Of a stretch of 64,000 bases of DNA, positions 45,710-55,801 are shown in pieces (the first letter of the stretch is position 1; each line of letters begins with the position of its first letter). The translations under genes were made by a program, and so were the position numbers. The notes under the pieces are model-generated. The model was given only the letters and a program-made list of their open reading frames with translations, was not told where the DNA came from and did no database searches. Source of the DNA: Clostridia bacterium (GTDB lineage: Bacteria > Bacillota > Clostridia > Oscillospirales > Acutalibacteraceae); NCBI GenBank assembly GCA_900755895.1, contig CAAEIG010000052.1, positions 26,268 through 90,267 on the forward strand. The letters are read 5' to 3'.

Positions 45710-47536
45710 ATGGCGACAAAGCTCCAGGTGCTGGAACATTATTTTGGATACGCCTCCTTCCGGGCGGGCCAGGAAGAGATCATCGACGCTTTGCTCTCCG
45801 GCAGGGACGCAGTGGGGATCATGCCCACCGGCGCTGGAAAATCTCTGTGCTACCAGGTGCCCGCTCTGCTGATGAAGGGTATCACGTTGGTGATCTCCCC
45901 ACTGATCTCCCTGATGAAGGATCAGGTCAGCGCCTTGGTGCAAAACGGCGTGCGGGGAGCCTACCTCAACAGTTCCCTGACTTGGAACCAATACCGGGCG
46001 GCCCTGCGCAATGCCAGAGCCGGGGTGTACAAGATTATCTACGTGGCGCCGGAACGGCTGCTCACCCCGGAGTTTCTGGACTTTGCCAAGAATGCCCCCA
46101 TCTCCATGGTTACCGTGGACGAAGCCCACTGCGTTTCTCAATGGGGGCAGGACTTTCGCCCCAGCTATCTGTCCATCCCAGAGTTTGTCAATGCGCTGCC
46201 ACGGCGGCCGGTGGTTTCTGCGTTCACTGCTACTGCCACCCCTCGGGTCCGGGAGGACATTCTCTCCCTCCTGGAGCTGCAGGACCCCTGGATCACCACC
46301 ACCAGCTTTGACCGCCCCAACCTCTACTTTGAAGTGCGCCGCCCCAAGGACAAGCTCCAGGAGACCTTGGCGCTTGTCTCCCAACGGCGGGACCGAAGCG
46401 GCATCATCTACTGCGGCACGCGGAAAGGAGTGGAGGAACTCTGCGAAAAACTGCGGGAACAAAACATCCCAGCCACTCGGTACCACGCTGGGCTGCCCGA
46501 TGAGGAACGCCAGCAAAACCAGGAGGATTTTCTCTACGACAGAGCTTCCGTGATGGTGGCCACCAATGCTTTTGGCATGGGAATCGACAAATCCAATGTC
46601 AGCTTTGTCATCCATTACAACATGCCCAAGGACTTGGAAAGCTATTACCAGGAGGCCGGAAGAGCAGGGCGGGACGGCTCTCCGGCCCAGTGCTTTTTGC
46701 TCTACAGCGGACAGGATATCATCCTCAACCGATTCTTATTGACCCACGGGGACGAGGGGCAATACGTGGACGAGGAGATCTTGGAGGAATTGTCCCGGCA
46801 AAACGAGGCACGGCTCCAGGCAATGGTGGGTTACTGCATGACCACCAGCTGTCTGCGGGAATACATTCTTCACTACTTTGGGGAGCACGCTCCCACCCAG
46901 TGCGGCAACTGCCAAAATTGCCTTGGGAAGTTTTCGCACCTGGATGTCACAAAACCCGCCAGAGAGATTGTCTCCTGCGTGCGGTACTTGCGGGAACGGT
47001 ACGGCATCAAGATGGTGCTGGATGTACTTCGAGGAGGCAAAGGGGAACGTCTGACCCGCTTGGGCTTTGAAAAGCTGCCCTGCTATGGCAAGCTGGGACA
47101 GTATCAGGAACGACAACTGCGGGACATGGTAAACACCTTGCTGCTGGAGGGATTCCTAACCCAATCCACCGGAGAATACCCCACCCTCTCCCTGGGACGC
47201 CAGGGCCAGGAGCTACTTCAAGGGAGGGCACAGGTCTCCTTACGTGTAAGAGAGGGCGATACACCCGCCCGGGAAAAGCGCTCCCCCAGCAGCTTACCCA
47301 AGGGCAACCCAGATCTCTACCAACGGCTGCGGGCTTTGCGTGGGAAAATCTCACGGACCCGAAACATTCCGGTACACATCATTTTCTCCAACGCCACGCT
47401 GGAGGCCATGTCTGCCTATCAGCCCACCACACCCGGAGAGTTTTTGGAGATCCCCGGTGTGGGACAAGCCAAACTCCAACAGTACGGACAGGCTTTTCTG
47501 GAGGAGATCAAAAACTGGAAACAAGAACAGCGTTAA
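45710..47536 (+). CDS. recQ: ATP-dependent DNA helicase RecQ
   Basis: LEHYFGYASFRAGQEEIIDALLSGRDAVGIMPTGAGKSLCYQVPALL. DEAH, RecQ-Ct zinc region and HRDC follow. Start at MATKLQ (45710, RBS AAGAGGA). Confidence 0.85.
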   Translation: MATKLQVLEHYFGYASFRAGQEEIIDALLSGRDAVGIMPTGAGKSLCYQVPALLMKGITLVISPLISLMKDQVSALVQNGVRGAYLNSSLTWNQYRAALRNARAGVYKIIYVAPERLLTPEFLDFAKNAPISMVTVDEAHCVSQWGQDFRPSYLSIPEFVNALPRRPVVSAFTATATPRVREDILSLLELQDPWITTTSFDRPNLYFEVRRPKDKLQETLALVSQRRDRSGIIYCGTRKGVEELCEKLREQNIPATRYHAGLPDEERQQNQEDFLYDRASVMVATNAFGMGIDKSNVSFVIHYNMPKDLESYYQEAGRAGRDGSPAQCFLLYSGQDIILNRFLLTHGDEGQYVDEEILEELSRQNEARLQAMVGYCMTTSCLREYILHYFGEHAPTQCGNCQNCLGKFSHLDVTKPAREIVSCVRYLRERYGIKMVLDVLRGGKGERLTRLGFEKLPCYGKLGQYQERQLRDMVNTLLLEGFLTQSTGEYPTLSLGRQGQELLQGRAQVSLRVREGDTPAREKRSPSSLPKGNPDLYQRLRALRGKISRTRNIPVHIIFSNATLEAMSAYQPTTPGEFLEIPGVGQAKLQQYGQAFLEEIKNWKQEQR

Positions 47537-47580
47537 AAAACAAAACCGCCGGCAGCCAAGAAGCTGTTCGGCGGTTTTTC
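47537..47580. terminator. Bidirectional terminator
   Basis: aaaaccgccggcagccaagaagctgttcggcggttttt. Confidence 0.65.
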
Positions 47581-47584
47581 AATC

Positions 47585-48121
47585 CTATTTTCCCACTCGC
47601 TTGGCCAGGAAGATATCCGGCTTTCCGGGACCATTGGCATCTGGGAGTACCCCCACAATCTGGAACCCCTGCTTTTGGTAAAACTCGTAGGGATGACGGC
47701 GGAGGTTCTGTATGTTCTGTATTTTCTCAAAAGTGTCCTCAAACAGATCCCCCTGGCTCAGGGTGGTCTGTTCAAACTCATCGTCACTGCCCAGGTAGAG
47801 GGTCAAACAGCCCCGGGCTGCGCACTCTTCCTCCAACCTGGCTACCAACGCGGCTCCGATCCCCTGCTCCCGGCGGTCCGCCGTCACTGCCAGAGGATGG
47901 AGTTCCCAAGCGGTGACACCATACTGGGGCATGGCCCCTACAAAGCCCAACAACCGGCCATTCTCTTCCGCCATAAGCGCGATGCGGTCCTCCTCCATGC
48001 AGAGATCCGCTTGCTGATGAGCCAACTCCCCACTATAAGCCTGGGGAAAACACTCCTGCAGCAGTGCGGTCAACTGGGCGATCCATTCCCGGTTTTCCCG
48101 GGGAAAGTTTTCAATTTTCAT
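47585..48121 (-). CDS. GNAT-family N-acetyltransferase
   Basis: Acetyl-CoA motif A region REQGIGAALVARLEE in a 178-aa protein. Confidence 0.7.
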   Translation of the reverse strand: MKIENFPRENREWIAQLTALLQECFPQAYSGELAHQQADLCMEEDRIALMAEENGRLLGFVGAMPQYGVTAWELHPLAVTADRREQGIGAALVARLEEECAARGCLTLYLGSDDEFEQTTLSQGDLFEDTFEKIQNIQNLRRHPYEFYQKQGFQIVGVLPDANGPGKPDIFLAKRVGK

Positions 48122-48157
48122 AGCGTCTCCTCTCCGTATACGTTCCCTTGACAGGTC

Positions 48158-49627
48158 TCAGTTGTCTGCCATGGATTTTATTTCTTCTGCGTTTAGCAGT
48201 CCTAACTCCTGTTTCCAGCGGAGGATCCTCAGCACGGACTCCTCGATGCGCTCCTGGCTGATCTGCCCATTTTCCACAGCGGCCAGGACCGCTGGGTACT
48301 GAGTCTCGTAGTCGGAACAGCACAACAAATCATTTCCGGCAAGCACCGCCTGAACTGCCGCGCTGGAGGAATCACAGTACTCCTGAATGGCATCCATGAT
48401 CAAATCATCGGTGATAATACAGCCCTCAAAGCCAAGTTCCTCCCGCAGGACACGATGCCACTCTGGGGACAGGGACGCAGGATAGGCGCTGTCCTTACAA
48501 GAGACCACATTGTGGCTGACCAGCACACAGTCCGCCCCCGCCTGGATCCCTGCTTCAAAAGGCAGAAAATCCCGCTGTTGGAAATTCTCATAAGGACGCT
48601 GATCCAGAACCGGACCAGTGTGGGTGTCCCCGTTCTCCCCGTAGCCGGGAAAATGCTTCAGAACACAGCCCATGGAATTCTCCTCATACAGCCCCACCAT
48701 CGCCTGGACATAGGCAGCAGTTTCTTCGGGACCACGGCCCAAAGAGCGGTCATATAGAAAAGCATCGGGCTGCTGGGAGATATCACACACCGGGGCAAAA
48801 TTCACCTGGATCCCCAAGCTTTGCAGCGTCTGGATTTTCTCCCGCTCCACCTCGGCGACTAGGTCCAACCCTCCGGCATCATAAAGAGTTCGAGGGGATT
48901 CATAGGGAGTTTCCCGAAGATTGGGATTGGCACTCACCCGGACCACGGTACCGCCCTCCTCGTCCACTCCAATGAGCATGGGAATCTTAACGCTGTCTTG
49001 ATAGCTTTGGATCTTCTGTTGCACCTGCTCCTTGGTCAGCCCTTTAAAGTCCCTGCCAAACAGAAGATAACCGCCAAACTGATACTGGGCAGCATCCGCT
49101 GGAGCATCTTCCCCGGGCACCCGGGCAAAGAACAGCTGACCCACCTTTTCCTCCAATGTCATAGAAGCCAAAAGCGTCTCTGGCGTTGGGGCGCCTGAAT
49201 CCGGGGACGGAGAGGCACTGGGCGTCACCTCTTCCTCCTCTACAGCGATCACCTTCACTGCCAAAGCGACAACGGTCCCCGACCCTTTGTCCGGCCCAAC
49301 ATGGGTGACATACGCTCGGCTCCCATCCTCCAGGGAATCCCCTGTGATCTGGGTTTCTTCGGTGAGCAGCACCATAAAGGAAGAGCCGTCCTCACGCCTT
49401 AGCTCAAACGCTGCCTTGGAAACACGAGCCACCTCGCCCTGCTCCGTAACAGGGCTGGGGGTGTTTTCCGGCTGAGCTCCGGCATCCACTACAGAGGAAC
49501 TTTGGGGACCTACCTGAGAAGAGTTGTGTTGGGTTTCCTCCCCCACCGGTTGAGAGGCACAACCTGCCACCACTACGGCCACAAGCAATAGAAGCATCAA
49601 CAAACGCGGAATCCTCGTGGATTTCAT
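48158..49627 (-). CDS. GH3 beta-N-acetylhexosaminidase (NagZ/YbbD-like) lipoprotein
   Basis: Lipobox LLLVAVVVAGC. GH3 N-domain motifs (GVDEEGGTVVRV, KHFPGYGENGDTH). Start at MKSTRIP (49627, GA-rich RBS). Confidence 0.75.
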   Translation of the reverse strand: MKSTRIPRLLMLLLLVAVVVAGCASQPVGEETQHNSSQVGPQSSSVVDAGAQPENTPSPVTEQGEVARVSKAAFELRREDGSSFMVLLTEETQITGDSLEDGSRAYVTHVGPDKGSGTVVALAVKVIAVEEEEVTPSASPSPDSGAPTPETLLASMTLEEKVGQLFFARVPGEDAPADAAQYQFGGYLLFGRDFKGLTKEQVQQKIQSYQDSVKIPMLIGVDEEGGTVVRVSANPNLRETPYESPRTLYDAGGLDLVAEVEREKIQTLQSLGIQVNFAPVCDISQQPDAFLYDRSLGRGPEETAAYVQAMVGLYEENSMGCVLKHFPGYGENGDTHTGPVLDQRPYENFQQRDFLPFEAGIQAGADCVLVSHNVVSCKDSAYPASLSPEWHRVLREELGFEGCIITDDLIMDAIQEYCDSSSAAVQAVLAGNDLLCCSDYETQYPAVLAAVENGQISQERIEESVLRILRWKQELGLLNAEEIKSMADN

Positions 49628-49699
49628 CCCCTTCCCCCTTGCCGGGTTCTTTACTTGTAGTATACCCACGCAAAACCGAAAAGGCAAGCCTACCACTCA

Positions 49700-49740
49700 C
49701 TATAAAACAAAAAGGAGGGGGTCTCCCCCCTCCTAAAATT
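49700..49740. terminator. Bidirectional terminator (downstream of ilvE and nagZ-like)
   Basis: aggagggggtctcccccctcct flanked by A/T runs. Confidence 0.65.
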
Positions 49741-49748
49741 GCGTGTAC

Positions 49749-50819
49749 TTATTTGACTTCCACAGTCCAACCGAAGGTGTCCTCCACCTTGCCGGTCTGG
49801 ATACCGGTGACGGTATCATACAGCTTCTGGCTGACCGGTCCGATGCCGCCGCCGGAAATCTCCATCACAGTATCCTCAAAGCGCAGAGCGCCCACAGGAG
49901 AGATCACAGCTGCGGTACCGCTGCCCCAGCACTCTTCCAGAGCACCGGTCTTGGCGGCATCCACCAGCTCATCCACGGAGATGCGGCGCTCTTCCACTTC
50001 CATGCCCCAATGTTTGCACAGGTCAATGCAGGAAGCACGGGTGACGCCGGGCAGAATGGAGCCGTTGAGCTTGGGGGTGACCACCTTGCCGTTGATCTTG
50101 AAGAAGATGTTCATAGCGCCCACTTCTTCGATGTACTTGCGCTCCACGCCATCCAGCCACAGCACCTGGGAATATCCCTCGTCGTGTGCCTTCACCTGGG
50201 CTGCCAGGCTGGCCACATAGTTACCACCGGTCTTGGCCTCGCCGATGCCGCCCCGCACTGCGCGGACATAGTCGTCCTCAATCCAGATCTTCACAGGATC
50301 CAGGCCGCTTTCATAGTAGGCGCCGGAGGGAGACAGGATGATGATGAACAGATAAGTGTCAGAAGGGCGCACGCCCAAGAAGGGATCCGTGGCGATGACA
50401 AAGGGACGGATGTACAGGGAGGTTCCAGGCTGGGTGGGGATCCAGTCCTTCTCTACGCCCACCAGGGTGGTCAGAGCGTTGAGGAAATCATCGGCAGGGA
50501 TCTCCGGGATGCACAGACGGTCATTGGAGTTGTTCGCCCGGGCAATATTCTTGTCAGGACGGAACAGCAGCACCCGGCCATCCTCAGTCTTATAAGCCTT
50601 CAGGCCCTCGAACATCTCCTGTCCATAGTGGAATACCATGGCGGAAGGCTCCAGGGTGATGGGCTGGTAGGGAACAATCTTGGGATCATGCCAGCCATGT
50701 TCCTTGTCATAGGGCATGATGTACATGTGATCGGTAAAGATCTTGCCAAAACCCAGCTTGGATTGATCCGTTGGCTTCTGTTTGGGCGTCTTTGTAAGCT
50801 CGATCTTGATTTCCTGCAT
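49749..50819 (-). CDS. ilvE: Branched-chain amino-acid aminotransferase
   Basis: Fold-type IV PLP aminotransferase pattern ([10 protein letters not shown]...; E.KTGGNYV...). Start at MQEIKIEL (50819, RBS GAAGGAAAGGTG). Confidence 0.85.
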   Translation of the reverse strand: MQEIKIELTKTPKQKPTDQSKLGFGKIFTDHMYIMPYDKEHGWHDPKIVPYQPITLEPSAMVFHYGQEMFEGLKAYKTEDGRVLLFRPDKNIARANNSNDRLCIPEIPADDFLNALTTLVGVEKDWIPTQPGTSLYIRPFVIATDPFLGVRPSDTYLFIIILSPSGAYYESGLDPVKIWIEDDYVRAVRGGIGEAKTGGNYVASLAAQVKAHDEGYSQVLWLDGVERKYIEEVGAMNIFFKINGKVVTPKLNGSILPGVTRASCIDLCKHWGMEVEERRISVDELVDAAKTGALEECWGSGTAAVISPVGALRFEDTVMEISGGGIGPVSQKLYDTVTGIQTGKVEDTFGWTVEVK

Positions 50820-51010
50820 AGCAAACACCTTTCCTTCAGCGCCTGCGGCGCACAGGGCCGTTCACGCGCCTTATTTTCAATTGGATTACTATTGATTATA
50901 TCACGTACCAAAGATTTTGCAAGAACCATCCCCCGCATCCTGCAAAAACGGGGAACTCTCCAAAAACTTTCCCGCTTTGGGGCTTTACCAAGCAAAAACG
51001 CCGAAAACCT

Positions 51011-51721
51011 TCAGCGTTCCCCTCCGCACGCCCGCACAAAAGCAGAAAAAATCTTCCGGCTATTTTCATCACTCAGCCGGGAAAACTCCGGATGCCACTG
51101 CACTGCCAAAGCAAACCGGTGCTCGGGCAGGTACACCGCCTCCACCATGCCGTCCGGCGCTTTTGCTGCCACTTGCAGACCTTTGCCCAAGTTTTTGATC
51201 CCCTGATGGTGGTAGGAGTTCACCCCCATCTCTGTGAGCCCCACCGCCTCATACAGCGGTGTGCCCGGCTGGATCTCCACAAGATGGGCGACCTTGTCAT
51301 AGGGCGGCGTCTCATGGTGCTCCACATCACTGGGGCATTGGGTGGGAATATCCTGGTACAGGTCGCCTCCCAGCATCACATTGAACAGCTGAATCCCTCG
51401 GCAAACGCCCAGCAAAGGCTTGCCTGTCTGGAGGGCCAAGGGGAAAAACTTGGCCTCCATGCCGTCCCGTTGAGGGCAGAGAGTGCCACAGGTTTCATCA
51501 GGAGTCTGTCCGTATAGAGCGGGGTCCACATCGTGGCCGCCCGGAAAAAGAAAGCCATCAAAGGTGTCGGCATAGCGCCTCAGAGCTTCCTCATCAGTGG
51601 TCAGAGGCAGAATCACCGGAGCTGCCCCGGCATCCTCCAAACCCTGGGCATAACCGGGAAGCATCCAGTAGCTCTCCAGTTTTTCATCGTAAAGAGAGAC
51701 AATGGCGATCATCGGTTTCAT
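51011..51721 (-). CDS. Class-I glutamine amidotransferase-like gamma-glutamyl hydrolase (peptidase C26, PuuD-like)
   Basis: LGVCRGIQLFNV (nucleophile Cys) ... HHQ ... WHPEF. Confidence 0.75.
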   Translation of the reverse strand: MKPMIAIVSLYDEKLESYWMLPGYAQGLEDAGAAPVILPLTTDEEALRRYADTFDGFLFPGGHDVDPALYGQTPDETCGTLCPQRDGMEAKFFPLALQTGKPLLGVCRGIQLFNVMLGGDLYQDIPTQCPSDVEHHETPPYDKVAHLVEIQPGTPLYEAVGLTEMGVNSYHHQGIKNLGKGLQVAAKAPDGMVEAVYLPEHRFALAVQWHPEFSRLSDENSRKIFSAFVRACGGER

Positions 51722-51820
51722 AATATCACCTCGTTGGTTGATTCACAGAGTACCCGCCTAGCATACCACACTCACAACGGAATTTGCAATATCCCAGCTC
51801 AAAAGCTGCAGAAAAACACG

Positions 51821-51849
51821 TTGCACCCGTCGAAAATCTTCTGTATAAT
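51821..51849 (+). promoter_or_regulatory. Sigma-A promoter TTGCAC-17-TATAAT for the esterase pair
   Basis: ttgcacccgtcgaaaatcttctgtataat. Confidence 0.5.
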
Positions 51850-51883
51850 GGATAAAAACATCAAAAAAGGACGTGTTGCTTTT

Positions 51884-52708
51884 ATGGCTTTGTTCCAGTG
51901 TAGCTTCTTTTCCAAATCCCTGATGCGGACGGTGCCCATTCAAGTGGTGCTGCCTACAGATAAACAGCTTCCCAACGGGGAGCCTCCCAAGGGCCCCTTC
52001 AAGACATTATACCTGCTCCACGGAATCTTCGGCGACCAGACCGACTGGGTTTGCGGCACCCGCGTTCAGAGTTGGGCCCAGGATCGCAACCTGGCGGTGG
52101 TCATGCCCGCCGGTGACAACAGCTTCTATGTGGACCAGCCCAAGGCCAGCGCCTACTATGGCCGCTTTATCGGCCAGGAGCTGGTAGACTTCACCCGGCG
52201 CACCTTCCCCCTATCTGATAAGCGGGAGGACACCTTTATCGGCGGCCTGTCCATGGGCGGATTTGGGGCCATTGTCAACGGCTTGCAGAATCCGGGGACC
52301 TTTGGAGCAGTGTGTGCACTTTCCTCTGCTTTGATTCTGGATTCCATGATGACTCACACGGAATACACGGATTTTCTTATGACCAACAAGGGCTACTATG
52401 AATCCGTCTTTGGAGACCTGTCCCAGGTGCGGGGCGGCGTCAACGACTACGACGCCCTGGCGGAAAAGGTGGCCCCTCTGGCAGAAAAACCCCGCTTTTA
52501 CATGGCCTGCGGCACGGAGGACGGGTTGATTACCGTAAACCGCCAGTTCCGGGATCACCTGATGAAGCTGGGCTATGACGTGACCTATGTGGAGGGCCCC
52601 GGCATCCATGACTGGTACTTCTGGGATGAGTACATCTTGAAGGTTCTGGAATGGCTGCCTCTGGGGGAATCCCAGCAGGGCGTCAGCTCTGGAAATGTCA
52701 ACGCTTAA
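51884..52708 (+). CDS. Esterase-D/tributyrin-esterase-family alpha/beta hydrolase (paralog 1)
   Basis: MALFQCSFFSKSLMRTVPIQVVLP...YLLHGIFGDQTDW...GLSMGG (nucleophile elbow GxSxG) ...GPGIHDWYFWDEY. The track ORF is overextended through the promoter. Confidence 0.7.
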   Translation: MALFQCSFFSKSLMRTVPIQVVLPTDKQLPNGEPPKGPFKTLYLLHGIFGDQTDWVCGTRVQSWAQDRNLAVVMPAGDNSFYVDQPKASAYYGRFIGQELVDFTRRTFPLSDKREDTFIGGLSMGGFGAIVNGLQNPGTFGAVCALSSALILDSMMTHTEYTDFLMTNKGYYESVFGDLSQVRGGVNDYDALAEKVAPLAEKPRFYMACGTEDGLITVNRQFRDHLMKLGYDVTYVEGPGIHDWYFWDEYILKVLEWLPLGESQQGVSSGNVNA

Positions 52709-52720
52709 GGAGGATTCGCA

Positions 52721-53533
52721 ATGGCACTGCTGCATCTGAATTTTGAGAGTCAATATTTGCAGAATAATACGGACCTGTCCATCATCCTGCCGGACAGGCC
52801 CCACACCACCGACGCCAAATACTTCTACAGCTCCGGGAAAAAGTATCCGGTACTGTGGCTGCTTCACGGCACCTTTGGGGACCACACTGACTGGGTGCGG
52901 AAATCCAACATTGAACGGTACGCCTGCGAGAAAAATGTAATTGTGGTCATGCCCAGCGTCATGAACTCCAACTACCTCAATTGGCCTGGATTCGGCACTG
53001 GGTACAACGCCTGGGACTACCTCTTTGACGAGCTGATGCCCTTGGTACACAGCTGGTTCCCCGCGTCCGACAAGCGGGAGGACAACTTCATTGCCGGCCT
53101 CTCCATGGGCGGACGGGGCGTGTTCCAATATGTGGCGGGCCGGCCTGAACTGTTCGCCGGAGCCGCGGTACTGTCCTGCTCCCCCAACAATCTCCACGAG
53201 CTTCAGTTGGATCCCAACGCTTCCGGAGATCAGGCAACATTCAACCAGCGGACGCGGAATCTGATACAAAACTTTGGCGGCATGGAAGGCTATCTCCAAT
53301 CCCCCGCCAACGTCTGGGACAAGCTCCCCGAGTTGGTTCAGAAGGGCAATCTGCCCCGGCTTTATTTCTGTATCGGCACAGAAGATTTCCTCTACGACAA
53401 CTACAAGGCTTTCAAAGAATACGCTCAGCAGATTGGTCTGGCTGCCACCTTTGAGGAAACCCCGGGCTACGCTCACGAATGGGCATTCTGGGATCTCTTC
53501 ATCCAGAAAGCCCTCACCTTCTTTGGGCTGTGA
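52721..53533 (+). CDS. Esterase-D/tributyrin-esterase-family alpha/beta hydrolase (paralog 2)
   Basis: MALLHLNFESQYLQNNTDLSIILP...WLLHGTFGDHTDW...GLSMGG...YAHEWAFWD. Strong RBS TTAAGGAGGATTCGCA-ATG. Confidence 0.75.
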   Translation: MALLHLNFESQYLQNNTDLSIILPDRPHTTDAKYFYSSGKKYPVLWLLHGTFGDHTDWVRKSNIERYACEKNVIVVMPSVMNSNYLNWPGFGTGYNAWDYLFDELMPLVHSWFPASDKREDNFIAGLSMGGRGVFQYVAGRPELFAGAAVLSCSPNNLHELQLDPNASGDQATFNQRTRNLIQNFGGMEGYLQSPANVWDKLPELVQKGNLPRLYFCIGTEDFLYDNYKAFKEYAQQIGLAATFEETPGYAHEWAFWDLFIQKALTFFGL

Positions 53534-53642
53534 CCCGCACCTGTACCTCAAGCTCCTCTGCCGAATTCAAAAGGCAGGTCCTTGACGCCGGGCTCTTCCC
53601 CTTGCTATTCTAAAAAAGAAAAACAGCAAGGGAGGAAACTCG

Positions 53643-54290
53643 GTGACTGGAAAGAAACTTGTGAAAGTGTGGGGGCCGATTGTGGGCCTTTTGAGCTGTC
53701 TTCAGCTCCTTCGAATCGGCCTCAAGGCTCTTGTCTTCACAATTGTCCCACGGACAATCTTCAGCGATACTGTGTGCAGTTGTATCTACATGGCTGCGAT
53801 GACCGCTCTCCTTCTGGCATGGTGGAAACACCGTGGAGAGCACCTCGCTCTGTTGCCACGACGTTTTGGAAAGAGCTACGTGATCGCTACAATGCTTGCT
53901 GCTGCGTTCCTCGTCAGCACACCACTCATCACTAGGAATACCTCCCCTCAAGCTCTCTTGTCCTTGGCCTACCACGCAGTGATCACAGTGGCATTTGAGG
54001 AGCTGGTGTTCCGAGGCTGGGTTTGGAAGGAATTAAGTTCCATCGATAATGGAACATTCCCTTGGCTGGGATCCTCCATCTTATTTGGTCTCTGGCACTT
54101 GGGCTACGCAGACACAGTGTTGTGGCGGTCTTCCCTGTTCTTCCCAGATTCCGACATCTTGACCATCCTATTTTGGAAGGTGGTCACCGGTCTGATTCTG
54201 GGCCTGGCTTTCGGGCTGCTGCGGTGGAAATGTAAAAATGCCTACGCTCCTGCCTTAGCCCATCTGGTGATCAATGCCTTTGGCAGCTGA
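53643..54290 (+). CDS. CPBP-family (CAAX / Abi-type) intramembrane metalloprotease
   Basis: EELVFRGW (motif 1 EExxxR), FGLWH (motif 2) and LAHLVINA (motif 3). GTG start after GGGAGG. Confidence 0.75.
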   Translation: MTGKKLVKVWGPIVGLLSCLQLLRIGLKALVFTIVPRTIFSDTVCSCIYMAAMTALLLAWWKHRGEHLALLPRRFGKSYVIATMLAAAFLVSTPLITRNTSPQALLSLAYHAVITVAFEELVFRGWVWKELSSIDNGTFPWLGSSILFGLWHLGYADTVLWRSSLFFPDSDILTILFWKVVTGLILGLAFGLLRWKCKNAYAPALAHLVINAFGS

Positions 54291-54416
54291 TTCTACAATG
54301 GCTCCGCTTCGGCGGGGCCTTTTTGTTGCCCTCTTTTTGACGCCCCTGTTTCAACACTGCCGTACCAGGACAACCCCAAAATTATTTTGCAATGAGCTCT
54401 TGACATTCTGTATCAA

Positions 54417-54435
54417 GTGTGTATATAGTATATAT
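54417..54435 (+). promoter_or_regulatory. Perfect 8-3-8 inverted repeat TGTATATA-gta-TATATACA overlapping the gntR promoter (TTGACA at ~54399)
   Basis: Read directly in the sequence. Sits 75 nt upstream of the gntR start. Confidence 0.6.
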
Positions 54436-54510
54436 ACAATATTTCAACGCGAAGAAATGTTGCCGCCCTTGCCCCAGGCTTGGCCCCCTGGTGAAAGCGC
54501 GGCGGAGAGG

Positions 54511-54892
54511 AAGTGACGGTTTGCACATTGTCATCAGCAACCAAAACGGAAAACCGATTTATGAACAGATCACGGAGCAGATCAAGGGATTGATCATCTC
54601 CGGGGAGCTGCGGGAAGGCGATCCGCTGCCCTCCATGCGGGTACTGGCAAAAGAGCTGCGCATCAGTGTCATCACCACCAAACGTGCCTATGAGGAGCTG
54701 GAGCGAGAGGGATTTCTCTACTCTCTGACAGGCAAGGGAAGCTTTGTGGCAGGAAAAAACACGGAGTTTCTCAAAGAGGAACAGCTCCGCAAAGTGGAAG
54801 AACATCTGCAGGAAGCTGTCCACGCAGCGCAACTCTGCGGCATGGAGAAACAGGAGCTCTTGGATACCCTGAACCTGCTGTGGGAGGAATAA
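54511..54892 (+). CDS. GntR-family (YtrA-subfamily) transcriptional regulator
   Basis: TTG start after GGAGAGGAAG. LHIVISNQNGKPIYEQITEQIKGLIISGELREGDPLPSMRVLAKELRISVITTKRAYEELEREG is the GntR wHTH. The short C-terminal domain is typical of YtrA-type regulators. Confidence 0.75.
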
Positions 54893-54938
54893 GCTCACAG
54901 CATCCCAAAGCCCCATTCTAGAAGCAAAGGAGATATTT

Positions 54939-55784
54939 ATGGAAAATGCCATTGAACTGCGCAATCTGCGCAAAAGCTACAAGCACTTCACTCTGGACGG
55001 CATCAGTCTGACACTGCCTTTAGGGTGCATCATGGGGTTTATCGGGGAAAACGGTGCTGGCAAAAGTACCACCATCAAGGCCATGCTGGGATTGATCCGT
55101 GGTGACAGCGGAGAGATCCGGCTGCTGGGAAAAGATCCCCTTGTGGACCGCTCCGTCATGGAGGAGGTGGGCATGGTGTTGGATTCCGGATTCTTTCCTT
55201 CGGAAATGAACGCCAAGCAGCTGGGAAAATCTTTTTCTAACATCTATAAGGCATGGGATCAGGCCGCCTATTACGGATACCTACAGCGGTTTGACATTCC
55301 TCTGGGGAAAAAGGTCAAAGAGTATTCCCGAGGCATGGTGATGAAATTCTCTCTGGCTGTGGCGCTGTCCCACGGAGCAAAGCTGTTGCTTTTGGATGAA
55401 GCCACCTCCGGGCTGGACCCTATCATCCGGGACGACATTCTGGATATTCTCTATGACTTTATCCAGGATGACCAGCACAGCGTGTTTCTCTCCTCTCACA
55501 TCACAGCGGATTTGGAGAAGATCGCCGATTACATTGCCTTTATCCACAAGGGAAAGCTGATAATGTGCGGCGAAAAAGATACCCTCCTGGAAACCTATGG
55601 CCTATACCATTGTTCCAAGGACCAGCTTGCCCAGCTGGATCCCTCCGCAGTGGCAGGATACCGCCAAAACGAGTTTGGCGTGACCGCCCTGGTCAAGCGC
55701 TACCGAATGCCCGGAAACTTTACCGTAGAGCACGCCACACTGGACGACATCATGCTCTACAGCATCAAGGGCAGCCATCTTTGA
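54939..55784 (+). CDS. ABC transporter ATP-binding protein
   Basis: Walker A GENGAGKST, signature LSGGM-like (YSRGMVMKFSLAVAL), Walker B LLLLDEATSGLD. Confidence 0.85.
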   Translation: MENAIELRNLRKSYKHFTLDGISLTLPLGCIMGFIGENGAGKSTTIKAMLGLIRGDSGEIRLLGKDPLVDRSVMEEVGMVLDSGFFPSEMNAKQLGKSFSNIYKAWDQAAYYGYLQRFDIPLGKKVKEYSRGMVMKFSLAVALSHGAKLLLLDEATSGLDPIIRDDILDILYDFIQDDQHSVFLSSHITADLEKIADYIAFIHKGKLIMCGEKDTLLETYGLYHCSKDQLAQLDPSAVAGYRQNEFGVTALVKRYRMPGNFTVEHATLDDIMLYSIKGSHL

Positions 55785-55801
55785 GAAGGGAGTTGTTTAG
55801 T

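Noticed and set aside
49743-51206. 487-aa + ORF
   Set aside because: Antisense across ilvE and the C26 gene.
52211-53551. 446-aa - ORF
   Set aside because: Antisense across both esterase genes, which have good RBSs and family motifs.
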